DNA of 63,938 nt, the filler included, from Sphacelaria rigidula (Eukaryota): NCBI GenBank assembly GCA_964200075.2. It is 11 parts of 11 records of this genome, joined end to end, with 100 filler letters (N's around TTAATTAATTAA, not from the genome) between each part and the next. Parts side by side here need not be neighbours in the genome. Positions count along the whole stretch, not along the records: positions 58,218 to 63,938 come from CAXNAA020024972.1; 10 more parts are not named here. One strand, 5' to 3'. A model generated the notes under the pieces. The model was not told the origin of the DNA. It did no database searches and worked only from the letters and a program-made list of their open reading frames with translations. Position 1 is the first letter of the stretch, and every line of letters begins with the position of its first letter. Below are positions 62,201-63,938 of this stretch, one piece after another. The translations under genes were made by a program, and so were the position numbers.

Positions 62201-63882
62201 TCGGACACCAGCGGAAAGTATTTACGCGCTGGACCCAAGAATGGGTTGGCGTTTACCTGATAATCCGTTTTCAACTCGCGTACCAGAGACAATAGTTAAT
62301 CAGGTCGCGCGAGGTAAGAACGGACCGTACTTGCAGAAATTCCACCGAGTGACGGGGGGGGGAGTGAGTGTAAACCGCAAGGAAAGTTCGACCTTGGCGC
62401 AAGTCTTTTCAGGACCAAAGGCAACTCGGACCTTGGAGGTAAAGGCTCTAGTGGACACAGGGAGTCCGGCGACATTTATTCATTACTCCATATATATGGA
62501 AAAAGATGGTTGATGTTGGGGCAGCCACCATTGAAGGCGTCCGAGAGATAGAGCCTGTATCCTGGGGTGGTTTTAATGGTGTCCCGTTGTGTACTTCTTC
62601 ACAGGTGCGGTTGAATATCAGACTGTGGCCTAGAAGACCCAACCCAACGATGTCAGTTCAGAACGGACAAGCATGTCTAGCGATCTACGCCCATGTTGTA
62701 CCTGAAGGAACAATGAATTACGACGTTCTAGTAGGACGTGATGGACTTGGATTATTTCCAGTCAGAACGTACCGTGATGTGAACCGACGAGAGACAGTCA
62801 TGACCTTGCAAGGGACCAACAGTGACTCTGTCGATCGTGCGCTTGCGGAAAAAGTCCGCACGGCTGTGGGTTTTGTGGAACCGAAATTGACCACAGCTCA
62901 AGTTATAGTAGTATACAATGGGTATCAGGAAATTATACGACCGAATACATTGTCATGGATCTCAGTAAAGCTATGTAACATGAACGGACCGCCCGCCAGT
63001 AGTGGCTCTTATTACATATCTCTCGATCCTGATTGGTCCCCACAGGAGATTATTGTAGAAGCAGGTGAATCCATCATCCCTCTCCGTTATACCGGGTTAG
63101 AAGGACAGATGTTGTATCCAAGTGCTACTCTTGGCTCTGCGGGGGCACCTTTGGTACCATGCTCTCTGGAGGACGTGAAGATTTCTGAAACAAAGGATCC
63201 GGAACCCGAAGAGATATTCATGGTGGAATTTTGTTTTTAGAAGAACCTCCGGTTTTGTCAGGCTTAAACGACAAACAACAACAAGCATTTGCGAAGATGT
63301 GGGGGAGTCTCCCCACACATATGAGAAAAATAAAGTTTGGATTGGAAGGTGCACATTAGACGGTTGAGGACATTAAAAATTTGGGGGAACTGTTGCGCAA
63401 ATATTCACATCGATTTTCAAGAGATATGATGGATTTGGGGTACTGCACGGTGGATCTGTTTAGGATTGAACTCAAACCGGGGACAAGGCCTGTTAAACAG
63501 CGCCCATATCGTCACAACCCGGCGGTTCAAAAGAAGGTACAAGTGGAAATTGACCGCATTCTCGCAGCAGGTATTTTACGGAGATCATATTCCAACTGGA
63601 GTAGTCCGCTCGTGGTTGTGAACAAAGCGGATGATTCCATTCGAATGACGTGCAACTACAAGAAGCTAAATGATAGTACAATAATTCCGGTGTTGCCCAT
63701 TCCGATTATTGAGGAACTTTTGGATGAATTAGGGGGTGCCAAAATATTTCCATGTTTGGACATCACTTCGGGTTACTTTAACGTGGCTATACATCAAGAC
63801 TCAATCCCGTTAACGGCGATTTGTACGCAAAGTGGTCTCTATGAATGAATGGTTAGTTATGCCGATGGGGTGCAGTGGTAGC
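59283..63882 (+). mobile_element. Decayed Ty3/gypsy-type LTR retrotransposon: gag-like region, aspartic protease, N-terminal RT
   Basis: Zinc knuckle CLNCGSSEHILARDC (about 60782-60826), protease ALVDTGSPATFI (about 62445-62480), and RT motifs PVKQRPYR, WSSPLVVV, RMTCNYKKLN, LDITSGY, GLYE and MPMG. Protease is followed by RT with no integrase between them. Stops and frameshifts present. Confidence 0.9.
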
Positions 63883-63938
63883 TGTGACGGTTTAAGAGAC
63901 AACCAACTAGACTACTGACAAGTCGGCGCTGACTTGTC

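Overview
This window is not one locus. It is 11 separate contigs of almost identical length (seven of 5722 bp, four of 5721 bp), joined by artificial 100-bp spacers (N44-TTAATTAATTAA-N44), as expected for a size-sorted pseudomolecule of unplaced contigs. The DNA is eukaryotic, intron-rich and repeat-rich. Short exons, long GT-AG introns and the repeat types suggest a brown alga or other stramenopile (inference). Two host genes can be reconstructed by phase-consistent splicing: five internal exons of chaperonin CCT4/TCP-1 delta (contig 3, minus strand) and three exons of a type I DnaJ/Hsp40 gene (contig 10, plus strand) with a LINE inserted antisense in a 3-kb intron. The rest is mostly decayed mobile DNA: two RTE-like LINE copies (one apparently lacking its endonuclease), a second LINE family, a Ty3/gypsy gag-protease-RT fragment, a pogo-like transposase relic, a tRNA-derived SINE family and several MITE/foldback families, two copies of which carry 8-bp target-site duplications. 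I see no convincing new enzymatic or defence system. The strongest candidates for undescribed biology are the modular SINE/3'-tail families, the MITE families, a possibly intron-containing pogo transposase and an orphan 328-aa ORF.
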